DNA of 64,000 nucleotides from Balanoglossus misakiensis (Eukaryota; Animalia; Hemichordata): assembly GCA_040954595.2 (NCBI GenBank), contig CM082589.2:1539810-1603809 (forward strand), in the 5' to 3' direction. Under the pieces are notes generated by a model. That model saw only the letters and a list, made by a program, of their open reading frames with translations, ran no database searches and was not told where the DNA came from. The stretch's first letter is position 1, and each line of letters opens with the position of its first letter. Below, piece by piece: positions 40,812 through 61,657 of the stretch. Position numbers and translations under genes: made by a program.

Positions 40812-42811
40812 TTATGAAAAACAAACTAAAAGCAAAAATATCAAAATTGTTATGGACGTAGTCGGGTGGACTGCAGTACCATCACTAGTTTCACATTCCG
40901 GTTCCTCTTCGTCTTCATAGACACATATCATTGTGCTGACCTTTCGAGCGCATCGGAAAACAGAGCCTGACTCACTACAAAGAAAAGATAGAGAAACATC
41001 CATGAACAGAAACCCAAGAAGCTTTCATAAAAACCACATGATCTAAAAGCTATGCTTTCACCTACCAATAATCAGAAGGGTACCCGGTGACTGTCTCGTT
41101 GACGACCGTGGTAGAAGAGCCACCACCATCAAGATTAACCGCGTTTATGACTCCCAGTTTCTGTAAAAATTCAGCGAATTCCCAGAGACTGACTCTGAAA
41201 TGGAATACAAAAAGACATCAGGCGTGAAACAAGAATAAACTTCGTTTTAAAACCACCGTTGCCATATTATGTTCACTTCGTGCTATGCAGTAAAGGCACA
41301 TCCCTCTTACGTTATAAGGCACTTACCCTCTTACGTTAGGCACTTACCCTCTTACGTTTGTTTGCCCGTCGATTTGAACCAGAATCACTCGCCCTTCACT
41401 GTCGTGACCAATAGCCGTACGTGCAGCAACGACGTCAACGAAAAAGTCGATCGCACCTGAAGACAGTAACATCAGAATGCTTCAATTATTGTCTAACCCC
41501 CACAATAATTAAAATGTATTTACATTTCGTCTTTCAGTGGCAAATTACTTTTTTATTTCATTCTCAAACTGCTGAATGAATTGATACAAAATATCGATGT
41601 CATCAGTGTGATGTAATCGAACCTGTTTCTTGTGTATCTTCACATTCGATGTATTTGCTTTGATTGATGTAAATTTCGCCGTCTCTTAGCAACCAGATGA
41701 CACCAGCGACGAGCTGGCGAAAAGGGACATCAGGTGCTATGAGTTCTTCTTGCGATAGGTACCTGGAAATTTAAACAACGCCATCAGAGTGTTGTTCTCA
41801 AACTTTTTGGTATGTGTTGGTGAATAACTTAGCATCCATATTATTATTGTTGTAAAAGATCATTTTTGTGATTATGCTCACCCGGAAAACATCAACCCAT
41901 CTTCTAGGACACCAAAGTTTGCATTTTGAATTCCTTTTGAATCGATCACTATTATTCCATCGCTCACAACGTTGCCAAGACACTCTCCTGTCTGTGTGTC
42001 GAAAAATCCGGCGTTCAGTCCCATGATGCACTTTTTCTGCTTGCCACTTTCAACAACTGTCTCGCGCTCGTTCCTCGAGCACCCTCCTTTCGAGCCTGGT
42101 TCCAATACGGACAGTTTCATTGGATCGTTGACGATGACGTAGTGACCCAAGATGTCCTTCGATTGGCCAAGATCACTGGTGATGGTGTCGATAAAATGGC
42201 GGACGAGGATGGGCGGCTCGGTGTCGTTCTTTTGATGAGAGGGAAATGTCTCGTGCGTCCTGTTTCCGTATTTGTATTCCTGGCAGTCACGAACGAAGCG
42301 ATGGGAAAGTCTCGGACCATGGTTACCTTGGCGATAAGGGGTCAGGACGTCGTCAGTAAATAATGAACTAAGTAAAGAAAGAAGTAGAAAAAACGTAAAA
42401 CCATCAATGCCTTCAGTTGTTCATCAGAACAGCTGCTGACAGAAACGCATTTGGACTTTTAATCAGTTATTTGTATCACACTTTTCCGCAATCGTAGTGA
42501 AAGCTAATTTCCTGTAGACAAGCTTGCTAATCTGAGAGATGCAACTAAAGAGCATGATATCGACACTCAAGGAAATGCCCATCAACCAGCAGACATGTCC
42601 AAATGCTTGGATGAAACAACGAATTTCCATTTGGGACTCAACTCCGATACAGCCACAAACTACTAACGGTCACAGTGAAAGACGACACCTACCCCATTCC
42701 GGATGGATTATGATGACTTGCATAACTCCCATAAGACACCTGGTCAATTGCGAAGGCAACCGCAGAACAGGAAACGATGAGGCAAAATTTCACCAACAGC
42801 ATCTTCGACAT
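40812..42811 (-). CDS. NAGPA: N-acetylglucosamine-1-phosphodiester alpha-N-acetylglucosaminidase (uncovering enzyme)-like protein, 381 aa, C-terminally shortened; exons 42811-42693, 42367-41882, 41762-41623, 41456-41348, 41194-41066, 40974-40812
   Basis: Signal peptide MSKMLLVKFCLIVSCSAVAFA; DDVLTPY...HGPRLSHRFVRDCQ propeptide/furin-type site; SVLEPGSKGGC, NAGFFDTQTGECLGNVVSDG, IQNANFG, GYLSQEE, ARTAIGHD, DGQT, AVNLDGGGSST, YPSDYC...RCARKVSTMICV all match NAGPA motifs. GT-AG introns; 1146 nt in frame. Confidence 0.92.
41294..41358 (-). repeat. Triplicated ~21-bp unit spanning the NAGPA exon 4 splice donor
   Basis: Plus strand aggcacttaccctcttacgtt at 41338-41358 and 41317-41337; decayed copy at 41294-41313. 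Confidence 0.92.
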
Positions 42812-44114
42812 TGTCGATGAAGTCAGCTAGGAATACAACGACTCTGTCGGTTGCCGCTGATTTCAAGTTAAACATTTGGGTCACGTCTTACAAGATGCTG
42901 TCACACATGATGTGTACTTGTGTGTCAAAGGTTGTATTTGCCAAGCAATCGGAGTAGGCGTTTGACACGCCCTGTAACTTCAGTCATTAATATTGAGAAA
43001 AACTACATTCTATGATTAAAATCATTTGTAATTTTCCTTTCACTTTAGATTTCTGTTTGGTAAGATTAACTTTTACTGACAAGAAGAATTGTTAATCAGC
43101 GAACAACAGCAATTGTGTGTGTTATGTTTACTTATAAAATTCGGAATCCTAATTGAATAAACAATAAAAAGATAAGGACCACAAATCCTTCGTCAATATT
43201 TATTAAATATAACATGCTGATCAGTCACAGTCCACCCAGAATAGGGCTGTGATTCAGTTTATTTATCGAAATTTTGATATCCATAGCGATAAACTCTGAC
43301 GGACCAGGGCCCTAAATCAAAGTGTTACTGTTGATTTAAGAATGATTATAATTCATATCTGAATAAACGTTAACAGCATACGAATACATCGGTGTCTATA
43401 AATAGGTGGTTTTCCGCTCATTGAGATATGGGATGATAAATATTCCTCATCAACTATTTATGTATTTTTCCCCGTACAACGTTTAGTGTAATAAAATCAT
43501 GGAAGAGTTTCCTCGATTCCCTGAATATACCACCAGATCAGCGTCAGCGTCTGTGAATCACCCACCCTAAATGGCACTTCCAACCGCTAGAGGACGCGCT
43601 GATGTTGCTGGAATTTCCTGAGTACATGTACATATTTATCGGTGACGTCGATCAGCAACAAGTAGTGTGAGTGCTCACACAAGACTGAGTCATTATTGGT
43701 TCATTAGAAGCAATTCATATCAAATTCTTAAAATGGCTTGCATAGCCAACAAAACTGCACGTCACGGCTCCTTGAGCGCTCCACACAATGACATAACATA
43801 GAAAACCAAACAAAAATGGCACGCATCACTTTTGACTTGACTTGGAGACTGGGTAAAATCTGTTATATTGATGTACATGCTTTTAATCGGCCCTCACTAT
43901 TTTTCAAGTTTCCTGTCAAATACAAAATAATGTTCAAACGGCAAGGTATGTTGACGAGATCTATGACTGTCATATGACTCCAATACAATAGGAGACTGGG
44001 AGATTAAAGGTCAAAACACATTCCTGAACTGCGCGATGCATTGAGCTTTAACACTCTAGTACTTCGCAACATATCCGCCATATTGGACTATGCAACGCCC
44101 CTATGAATAGCAGC

Positions 44115-44317
44115 AACCTTTGACCTCTGAACCAGGAAATGACCCTTGGAAAATACAGCCCTCTCAAACGTGAGTGGGACAATTTCACGAAGGGTTCTCC
44201 TGCCGTTATGGTGAAGCAGTCAAGCTGGTTTTGAAAACTCGGAATTAGGTGATTTGGGGAGAATCTATAGTAGACCTGACAGTACCATAAGAAGCGACAC
44301 GTAGCGAACAGTACTTG
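44115..44317 (+). promoter_or_regulatory. Candidate promoter and non-coding first exon of Src copy 1 (donor after 44317; start approximate)
   Basis: Donor ttg|gtaagt at 44317/44318 in CpG-rich sequence. The ATG exon has its own acceptor (ttgttcaag| ending 48033), so an upstream exon is implied. Confidence 0.4.
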
Positions 44318-47300
44318 GTAAGTGTCAAATCATACGTTTGCGCACTCTCAAAGTTTGTCAACTTAGTGAAGTTGGTGCATATCTCTGACCCAGTGGCGTT
44401 GGATTTTAGGACAAAACTTCCCTATCGCCGTATATATGTTGCGTTGCCTCGCATGTCTAATTGACAGCCTTTTCCAAGGGTATTTCCACACTACAGGTAT
44501 ATATGAGTACCGATGATAACATACAGGTGTCATATTAGAGCAAGAGTTATCGCGATAGGAGTAGCAGGCGGAGATCCGTGCAGTCTGTCTGTCGTAGCGA
44601 AACTCTGTTTGTCAATGTGTTTCCCTATTGACGTGGGTGGGTCATTCTGGGTGAAATGTCGGGCATGGAGTGTTTGAAACATAAAATGAAAGAAACGCGT
44701 ACATGCAGCGAAGGAAGGAGGTCGATAATAAGCAAACTGAGTCGTGTTGGTGGAATGGTTCGGAACGAAAACGCCCTTTGCGATACTGTTCGTGTGTTAT
44801 ATAATTAGATGTACATAGCGCCGAGCTTACTATTCGTTTTGGTCAGCTACTGGTCCATCGAACCGTTTTTACTGTCGAGACAATGTGTTTCTTTGATGTC
44901 ATGCAAGACACCAAGCTTTTTCACCATGTATATTACAATGCCTATTACATGTATACTATAGTCGATACGTATTAACCCTGTACGTATCATGCCGGACCCT
45001 GTCTTGTGAGATCTCATTGAATGAGACGGAAGTTTCCGTGTTCAGACTGTGCTTTGTTATTACATGTATTGTCAAAATGCTGTCCTTGTGAACCCCTCGG
45101 GCAGCTGTCGAGTCAGCAAATTACGAGATGTACATGTATGTAAAGTCAACCGTGACAAAAAGCAAGTTGTCACCGAACTCAAAGTTTTGGCCTTATCGGG
45201 TGAAGGGTTCTATGATGACGCTGTCCCTGGTTGTGATACTGCACGGAACGGGTATTCTAAATACATGCATAACAAAAGAAAAAAAAGTGAAGAGGCTGTG
45301 ACTTCTACTAAGTTTAGTTTACTATGCACTTCTCAAATATAGCGGTAGAATCGTTCAATAAAATTTAATTATAAACAGTCACTTACGTGGAAACCATCCG
45401 CAGTGTGTCGTCAGTTGAACTTCACATCACCAAGGCAACAAGGGTTGGGGAAAGCCGACGTGACAATTTCGAGATTTATTGTTCTGTTCTTCTCTTTTTG
45501 TCATACATTTTTACTCTCACATTCTCGTAGAGTTTTTCTGATTTTACAACACACTCTATTTATTAAAAAATCACTTGCTATATGTGTAGTGTAGTACGGC
45601 GAGTGTAGCCTGTCGCTCTGCTGATAATTTTGCTGGAACGTTCTTCGGTGAAACCTTTGTTGGAAAGGCGATCCTGATAGCTTTACTATATCGTTGTTTT
45701 ATCAACATTTACACCATAAAAAGAATCGCATTAAAAACGATTACCAATCCTTTAAAATATCACTTTGTGGGGGTCGAAATTCCAGCCGATATTTTGAAAA
45801 GTAAAACGTTGAAAAAATACCATATTTGTGTCAGTAAATACGATCTTCCTACTTTCATCCTAAATCTGGTACAGTTAGTTCGTATATGTAGTAAAAAATT
45901 AACCGGTTCCTCTGTGACAGTTAAACCACTTCCGGTTTATAGGAAATACTGTAGGAAAATACTGTAACTCGGTAAATTTAGCTATACATGTTTGTATTTT
46001 CCGTTTGAATTGGCTGCTACTTTCTCGTGACATAAAGCCCTTTATTGACTGAGTGACGAGACCGCTGACCCGAGACTGCGGATGAATACGTTAACGCCTC
46101 ATATTTCGTTTCGCGCATGATGTGAATTTTGATTTCTGTATAATTACGTGTTTCGCTGAACTGACTGAAGCTCGCTTATTTCCAACTTTTAACTGGTGTT
46201 TGTTGTGTGTTGCCCGTCACGAACCTTTGACCATTTCGTCGCGTTTCATAGCTCAACAATCCAACCAGACGACACCAACCTCTGCAAAGGTTATCAGAAA
46301 CAAACAAGTCATATTCTTCATGTCATGGTAACTGCCTCGCGATCATTTTAATCTCACCGAAACAATTTCTCGAATGTTCAAACAAATAACAATAACGCCA
46401 GGTTTTACCTAAGGAACAGAAGCGAATTTGGATTTATGTGTAAGTTGTAATCACCAAAAAATCTCCGAAAAAAAAATGTTTGACTACTTGAAGCCAAACA
46501 AAGAATGTAATTTTCGTCTTGTAAACTATCAGCAGACCCTTCAGTTGGGAAAGTTGTAAATAATCTGGGTGAGAAGTTGATGTCGTGCTGGAAACGATGC
46601 CATTGTTTGCCTCTCTGTGCTATTTTAAAAGTTGGACTCTGACCAACCTGTGACGTGGGGTCGGATTTTACAAGGAAGTACAATGTTCAAGTGATTTGTG
46701 CGGGCAATATATAAAATGTCTGTGGAATGAAAGGTTCGCCAAACTTATCTGTGTAATATATACTGTCGATGTATTGTTTTGACACACACGTAAATTCTCA
46801 GAACGGGAAATTGTCAAGTTACAATTATTTAATACCAATTTGACCATAACGAAGGATGTTTATTGCGCCATAATATTGAGTTACAGGCTTCATTAATTCC
46901 AGAGGAACCTTTGTCAATAATTACAGTTGATAGCTTTTCCCCCTAGATATCCAAACTGATATCTTGTAGCATATGTATTCACCAGCGAGGATTACAATTT
47001 TAATTTACTCTGATCAAACCCGAAGCCAGATACGTCACACAAATTAGCATAAACCTACTTGGTTCCTGCCACCAGGGGCCATCGAACTGACCTCAAAAAT
47101 CGCAACACAAAGAAGTGCCTGTTTGGGGTCAATTGACCCTTTCTACTCGATATTGTCCCCAGGCCCATTATCTTGCGAATTTAGCATTTAAACCACTGCG
47201 AGACGGACGACATGAATTTTGTCACGGCTTAGGTATGATAGCGGGCGCTGTCCGCTTTGGCGTGACTTCTCTTGATTGATTAATTAAGGTAGATGCGCCT

Positions 47301-48048
47301 CGAAAATGAGGGTCACTTTCTCTCATATTTTGCTCAATGCTCTGTAGATTATTCTCTCTTAAAATTGGGAATATTTCTTTTATTTTAGTGATGAGGAGAA
47401 AGTTCGAAATTAGACCACCAGGGTTCCTGATGAATTATACAGAAACGAAAATGACATTTCCTGAAAGTTAATGTTTGTTTGCATGTCCGACGGTGTGGGC
47501 TGACCGTCAGTGGTACGCACCACGCGATAGGTTTAACACCTGACATGTGACTATATGTTAATTATATAATATATTATGTATGTTGTGGCTGGTGTACCAT
47601 CGCCTGGAACCTATCGCTTAGTCTATTGTTATTTCGATTTGCGGATTTCTGCACTGACTGTCGTCTCCGATTATTACTGGCACATAGCAGCCATGTTGGT
47701 AATGTTTCCATTCGTAACATATTTTTTTCTTGTAATCCACATCATTTATCAATGCAAGGCACTTGTGGCTGTCAGTTTTTCCCTGTAACGGAATTGATCC
47801 CAGGATTCATGATGCTATTCGCTTCCTTTCCATGCAATATTTTATCTGGGAGTTCTCTTTTTTGTGTGGTCCAGGCAAAACTGAAATTATGGTTGAAGTT
47901 CGTTCGAGATGACATTGACTGTAAAAAGCCATTGGTCGTCTTAAAAGAGGGAACGTTGATTTAAACAAGCTATGACGAGGAAATACATTGAAAGTTTATT
48001 AATCATATTTTATTTTTATCTTTGTTGTTCAAGGGGTTCAAGTGGACG

Positions 48049-51537
<3,489 letters not shown>

Positions 51538-52320
51538 AAACCTTTCGTGTTTAGTTCCTGGCAACACGTAACTCGCCCAGACCATCTAGTTCTGTACAAT
51601 GTCATAACAGATATCGGCGATACAAGCGTTTCATCAGCATTGAATTAACGTTACCGGTAACTACAGTGACGTCAGTGTAGATAACAGCCGGTGTGTAAAT
51701 TTTTACCACCATTTGCATAAATTAATATGCAAATAGAAGCTGTTCATATTTTAGGTTAACCACAAATATGCTATGTACCATCGATCTCTTAATCAAGAAG
51801 GAAATTTGATTTATTGTTTCCCCCCTATCCGGAAACGCGCAAGCGTAAGTGGCACTGGTTTAAACGTATACAAGACAGTTAGTTGGAGAATTTGTCTTCT
51901 TGTATTAAGTTGTGTATCTCAGTTTCATAATGCGTAAATCCAAATTTTATGCGTGTGATTGTGGATTTTAGACAAGGTAAATACTCATAAGTCTACATAT
52001 GTCTATTTTAGGGAAGTCCTGGGTGGTTTTTAATATTTTCGCATATCTCATCCAAGTTTAAAATATAGACGGCAATATGTATGTATATTTTTAAGCTAGA
52101 TTGACAGATAAACGTCAAAATTTGTGTATTTTTAAAAGCATAATAATTAACATTTCATCAAAACCACGGTTCTTCAGTGAAGGGCATCGCAATGAACAGG
52201 AGTAACTTAAAAGTTACGAGTGCTTTGGTGTTTCTTGCACTTTCACCGTTTGACTATCGGCCATTATGGACTTTTCACCCTGATCTTCACAACATTCGAT
52301 GACGTATTTTGTACACAGAA

Positions 52321-52326
52321 AATAAA
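52321..52326 (+). terminator. Candidate polyadenylation signal of Src copy 1
   Basis: AATAAA ~780 nt after the stop codon, followed by GT-rich sequence. Confidence 0.45.
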
Positions 52327-53795
52327 ACGTCACCGTATTATGTGTAGGTGATACGGCATGTCAAGAGCGGTGGTCCAATGGCCGATAGTTCAGCAAGTAG
52401 CAGGTGCAGGTGTAGTTTTGGAAGATGGCGACTTTGTCATCGAATTTACCAGAAATAAGATATGGAAAACTTCGTCATTTATTACCGTGACAACTTGACA
52501 TGAATGTATGTTACTGAGTGTCCATATTTTTACTTCAAATGTATTTTCATATGTTTAATATCAACTATAATTTGGAAGGAAAAGTCCTACAATACCGCTA
52601 TTTGAAAGAAGATTGTTACTAGTAAAAATATAATTTTTATTGATGGTATTTTGATCTTGATATGAGAAAGATTACTACTCAAGATTGTTTATATATTTCT
52701 AAAAGAACTCAATCTCATCAACAAATATAGTTCATCTGAATGAAATGTTTAACTTTAAAAATCTTTGTTTTTAAAATGCTTTCTCTATGCAATTCCACAT
52801 CCAAGCTCTCACCAATCTCATGTCGCATTTGCGATTAAAAGAATAAAATAGTATATCATTTCAACTTCAAGTATTTCGATATTATGTAACCCCCTTTGTA
52901 TATCGGCGTTTTTCTAGTTAAGCTGTTGGACTCGGAACAACATGTCTTTATGGTAGATTGAAGCACAAGTCGATTTTGATTTGAGTGACAATTTTCGATG
53001 CCATAAAAGACATTCAATAATTCACATACTAAGTCTTCCATTTCTCTCGTGTTATGCCGTATTTTGCATTTCATATGTGCATATGTGCTGTATGCACAGT
53101 GTGTATTTTAGAAATTGTTTTATACGCCAGAACTATTAATATTAAAAAATGGTTATTTTAAATGATAAACCTTTTATTTACAAGTTGAATATATTCGGAA
53201 TACTTTTCGCATATTTTCATTATATTGAACGTCAAAATATTGTCATGTTGTACAGCGCCATCAATGGCGATTGACGGTAATTTGCAGGTAGTCTTTGGAT
53301 CATGTTGATACAATAAATATTCTGATAAATGAGAACCACGTGACCTTCTTCACTGTAACGTCTCATGTCGCAGTTTAATTATCCAAACAGAGATTTTTGT
53401 ACTGTGAGCGCTTTGAACTGATAACAGCACTTCGTTTACGCCTACAAATCCTGTCACTTGTTTGGCTCCGACGTCATAAGGACAAAGATGGCGCAGAGGA
53501 ACTTGTGCTTCGGAAGGACTGCTGCGATACGTGGAATGGTGGTATCATCACATAAATTAGCCAATCATAGTCAATTTTACGAGACCATTTGATTTTATCT
53601 CATAGGGAACATTATTTTAACAATCTTTCGTCGTCATCATTCTGGTTTCGATAAATTATTTGTTGTCATTTCCCCCCACATTGAAAATATTAAATTTCAC
53701 CAGCGATTTTGTCCTGCAATGCATGCAGACGAAGAATTGAGGAACTGAACGAGATGTCTCTGTAGTCTCGTGAAGTAGGACAGGGATTCAGCAGA

Positions 53796-54015
53796 TTAAC
53801 CCTATGGACGCCAAATTTTCTCTGTCAAGATGTGGTGTAATATTTTAACATTTTTACACAGTTTTCTCTATTTTCCCTCTTGATTTTAGACAAAGTGGAC
53901 ATACTTTTTAATCGTCTTCAGGTCTTGATCAAAATTTGAGAAAAAACGTGGAAAAAGTTGTGAGGGTCATTTTTTGAAAGATGACGACAGGTTGCTATGG
54001 CAATAAAAGGGTTTA
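53796..54015. mobile_element. ~220-bp MITE-like interspersed repeat (TTAACCC...GGGTTTA)
   Basis: TTAACCC/GGGTT ends; colinear similarity to 61658-61869 (blocks ttttctct, gtggacata, tcttgatcaaaatt, aaaacgtggaaaaagtt, tgacgaca). Confidence 0.6.
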
Positions 54016-54290
54016 GCGCGTTATGCGAAGCATCTCAGTGAAGGTCGGATCAGTGGTATCTTGGATTCAAGAGAATCTCGACCCTTGAAGCTACTCTGTA
54101 CAACTTCCTACAGCGTTAAAATAAAACAAAATATAACAATCTCAAGGCAAACTAAAATAACCAAAATTGCGTCAGAAATGAGTGACTTTTCCCCTTTCAC
54201 TATGCAAGTGGTCAGCAGTTTTAATTGAAAATCACTCAACCTATACTGACAAGCTGAAATAATGTTCCGTTTCACTCAGTTTTAAAAGGA

Positions 54291-54570
54291 GGAAATGAAA
54301 AATACTACCAGGGAAATAACCTTTGACCCCCGACCAGGTCGTTCACCGTCAACCAATAAAACATACAAAAAACTTTATTTGCATGTCAATAGGATTACAT
54401 TAGCGGTTAGGCCCTTTTGGTTCCCCATTCGTTGTCGACCATACAGAGAGCAAATAACAATACATATGCTAATGAGGAGTCTACAGTGGTGGTATATGTG
54501 TTACAGAGGAAAACAGACTCGGTGTAGTAATTGTGTTGCTGTCTTTTCGATTTGGAAAATCCATTTTCTG
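54291..54570 (+). promoter_or_regulatory. Candidate promoter and non-coding first exon of Src copy 2 (donor after 54570; start approximate)
   Basis: Donor ctg|gtgagt at 54570/54571; acceptor ttttttcatttatccag| ending 57180 precedes the ATG exon. Confidence 0.35.
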
Positions 54571-57208
54571 GTGAGTACCCCAATTTAGAGTTCACTCAAT
54601 TGGCTCATTTGTAGATTGAATATTTCTGTTCACAGCTACTCCGTGGTGGGCTGAACACTTAAAATTATCTGTCATGGGTATGGTCATGACCCTTGATCCA
54701 ATATGGCAGCCGTCATTTTCTGCATACGAGTATCCAGACGGAAATAGTGGTCTAAAATATTCCTGCTCGTTGTTGACGACAGGAGATCTCAAATTTTAAA
54801 GTTTGACACATATGCCTCTCGTGTTCACGTGAAACTGACGTGCCGTCGGTCGTCCGAGTCAAAAAGCTGCGCTTCTTCACGACCCAGTTTGAAGCAAGAT
54901 GCCTCGCCCACATCATACACATAGCTATGCAAAGCCACTTAAAATTGTCTCACAAGCTGCCGATATGAGTACGACCTACACTGCCGTCTTGAAGGGAGGG
55001 GGGGGGGGGGGTACATAAAACGCGGAAGTCGCACCGACGATCAACAGGTTGTTGCTCCGCGCGATCCGAGAGCATACCATACACAGTCACGCGGTTTGAT
55101 CATTCTGTTTGAAACGTTTTGAATTTTTGTCTCTGACATGTATAAGCATATACTCTCACGAATTACACACTGCGTGATCTAAGCTTCAATATGCATGATA
55201 TAGCTTTGCCTCAGTTATGTGAACCGCACATGTGCATCGTGTGAATCGTAAAACGGACCATGTATTGTCTACTCCATTGAATAGACTCCCCCGATTACGG
55301 ATTAGCGTTAATGTAGTTTGACAATTGTCGCGTCTGAGGGAACAATTTCGATGGTCTGGAAGATGTTAATCACCCATTTGCCGACTTTGGCCGCAATTGT
55401 CACGCAACTATATAGTTTTCGCAGTTTTTATACCAAGCGACGCCCCTCTCACGCGACCCTCCTTCTTCGTCTGCCGGCACGTCGTTTCCTGCTGTGTCAA
55501 ACGGTATGACATTACTGGTAGATACTCTTTCTGAGTTCTCCATCGACAAATTTATCACGCCCATCAACTTTGTAATTCAAATACGATGAAAGGCAGTACA
55601 CGCCTGTTCGCAGACGTCTCTCTACAGCAGAACGCGATCAAGACGTCGCCTATCTCTACATCTGATTTTAATCAGATTGCCAAAGTGTCATGGAAGACAC
55701 CAGAACATAACCTTTGTACTGTCCCTCTCTTTATAAATGTGGAGGAGTGACTGGGATTTTACACATTCAGGATAACAGAGCGGTGCTGTGTTCAACATTT
55801 AAAAAAAATGGGATATCCGTTTGTAAACCAACTTGCATACACTCTGCCTTGAAACAGATTTCCGGGATACTATTGGTAGAAAATGCGCACGTGCCCCCCC
55901 CCCCCCCCCCTCACTGGAAAATGTAGGGCACCCCCAATTATTAACGCGGTAATTAAGCAGTGTAAGTTATGCAAAGCCGTCAATGAGAATAATTGATAAA
56001 CAAATCATTGCATCATGTATATTTAAAGAATATACAATAACGTAAGGAAACAAAATTGCCGTTGAATTGCATTTATTCCAAGTGACTTATCTTAATCGGC
56101 CTCATAAATTTTGTCTTTGTTGTTTCTCTAGTCGTGTTGTTTGTTTGCACCGAACTAATAAAAGTCATGATTAGAACACTTTTATTACGGCACTTTCATG
56201 ACCCCTGATTGACCCTTACATTCTGGCATATTGTAGGTATGAGTTCTACAGTCTACTTGTATTGTTGAAAAATAAGATTGTCTATGTTTTTTCTTTGTTG
56301 CCCCTACAACATTTCGACCTGGCCTAACGTGATGCGAGACATCTCGGTATCACCAAGGTTACCAAGACACCGTCGCGCAGAACTTTTATTCCTTTACAAG
56401 ATACAATAGACCAGTTATACTAACATTCTTTCATGTGCTCACCTGTAACGTCTTAGGCGCTTCTAATCTCCCGCCAAAATACTCGACGTACAAGAGGGTC
56501 TTTGTGGGCGACTCGGACAAAATGGCGCCTAAAAAGCATTTTGATAAATTGTTATTTTATTTTTCTATACTTCTTTTCTGTAAAGACAATTTCACACAAT
56601 TAGAAGGGTAAAAAGTAAATATTAAAAATGATTTTGAAAATATCTTTCCGACACGCATTTCAAGCGGACGTACCTTGGAAGGCATAATACGCTGCTCAAT
56701 TTTTCATGGGAAAGCAATTGATCCGTTACCTGCAGAATGTCACAGGTTACTAAAAACGACCTCCGGTTAAAAAAGGTCGCATACATTAACTTTTGCCGCC
56801 CAAAGTAAATTTCTAATGATATGTTATCGTAGGAGGGATCTGTACACATCCACAGACCTGACGTAACTGGCTATCTGTCAGTTATCATATGACTATAAAG
56901 AACGTAAAATTCAGCGCATAAAAAGACCAGAATGTTTGATGATCACTCATCTGTAAACATACTTTCCACACGTCCCATGAATACTCGACCGGAGAAAAAT
57001 GTCTTTGTATTATAGTGACGGGTTTCTCACATAATAGCTAAAGTTTCCCGCCCACTCTATAGACTGCATCTTACTTTGCGTCGAATTCTAACTTTGGAAA
57101 TTAATTTCTGTCCACTGTCTTAACGAAAGTTCTTTTACAAATTCTTTTAACTCAGTTTTGTCATTTTTTCATTTATCCAGGATTTTTATTTTTTGAATAT
57201 GATGAAAA

Positions 57209-61037
<3,829 letters not shown>

Positions 61038-61532
61038 TCACGTGAGAACATATTTGTTCGTCTGCGCCAATGTCGTCTTTAATCGTAAATGCAGTTGCAG
61101 ATTTCCTCGTACAGTCGATTTGTTGATTGATTGACATGTCATACATGTACATTGAAAAGTTCTACCTAAACTTGCGAATGTCGATCATTATGTATAGCGG
61201 TTTACTGTATTGTAAAGGAAGTTTAGCCAAATTTGTATAGTCTTCACATATGTAGTATTTTCCAATTTCCTACACTTAGCCATATTTGGTCAAACATAAT
61301 ATCGATTTCAAAATAAGACTTTGTACCCGGCAATTTTGAAGTAGGGCCAAACATAGCTGTCGCTTAAAACCAAAGCAATACATCAACACGCTCGACTGTC
61401 CTTCAGGGCAAATATGTTATTGATAGAATTGGAATTGTACATGAGAAATAATCATCTTAGCGATTCGATTTATTAATACATTTAAAAGTACACAGTCAAC
61501 AGACAATATTTCACTATGAATTAATTTAAAAA

Positions 61533-61538
61533 AATAAA
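61533..61538 (+). terminator. Candidate polyadenylation signal of Src copy 2
   Basis: AATAAA ~500 nt after the stop codon. Confidence 0.45.
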
Positions 61539-61657
61539 TGTAACCGATTTAGATTTACTTGTATTTAACACTATATGTGAATTATTCCAATATTCAAGGA
61601 ACACTTATTTACACAGAACACATTTAACAGTACGTTCTTCTGTATAAGATTTGTTGA

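Noticed and set aside
42361-42420. In-frame hydrophobic stretch FTFFLLLSLL as the NAGPA signal peptide
   Set aside because: It is the polypyrimidine tract of intron 1; a phase-compatible ATG/signal-peptide exon lies at 42693-42811.
54993-55910. Poly-G at ~54993-55011 and poly-C at 55894-55910 as an inverted pair
   Set aside because: Simple homopolymers with no flanking complementarity.
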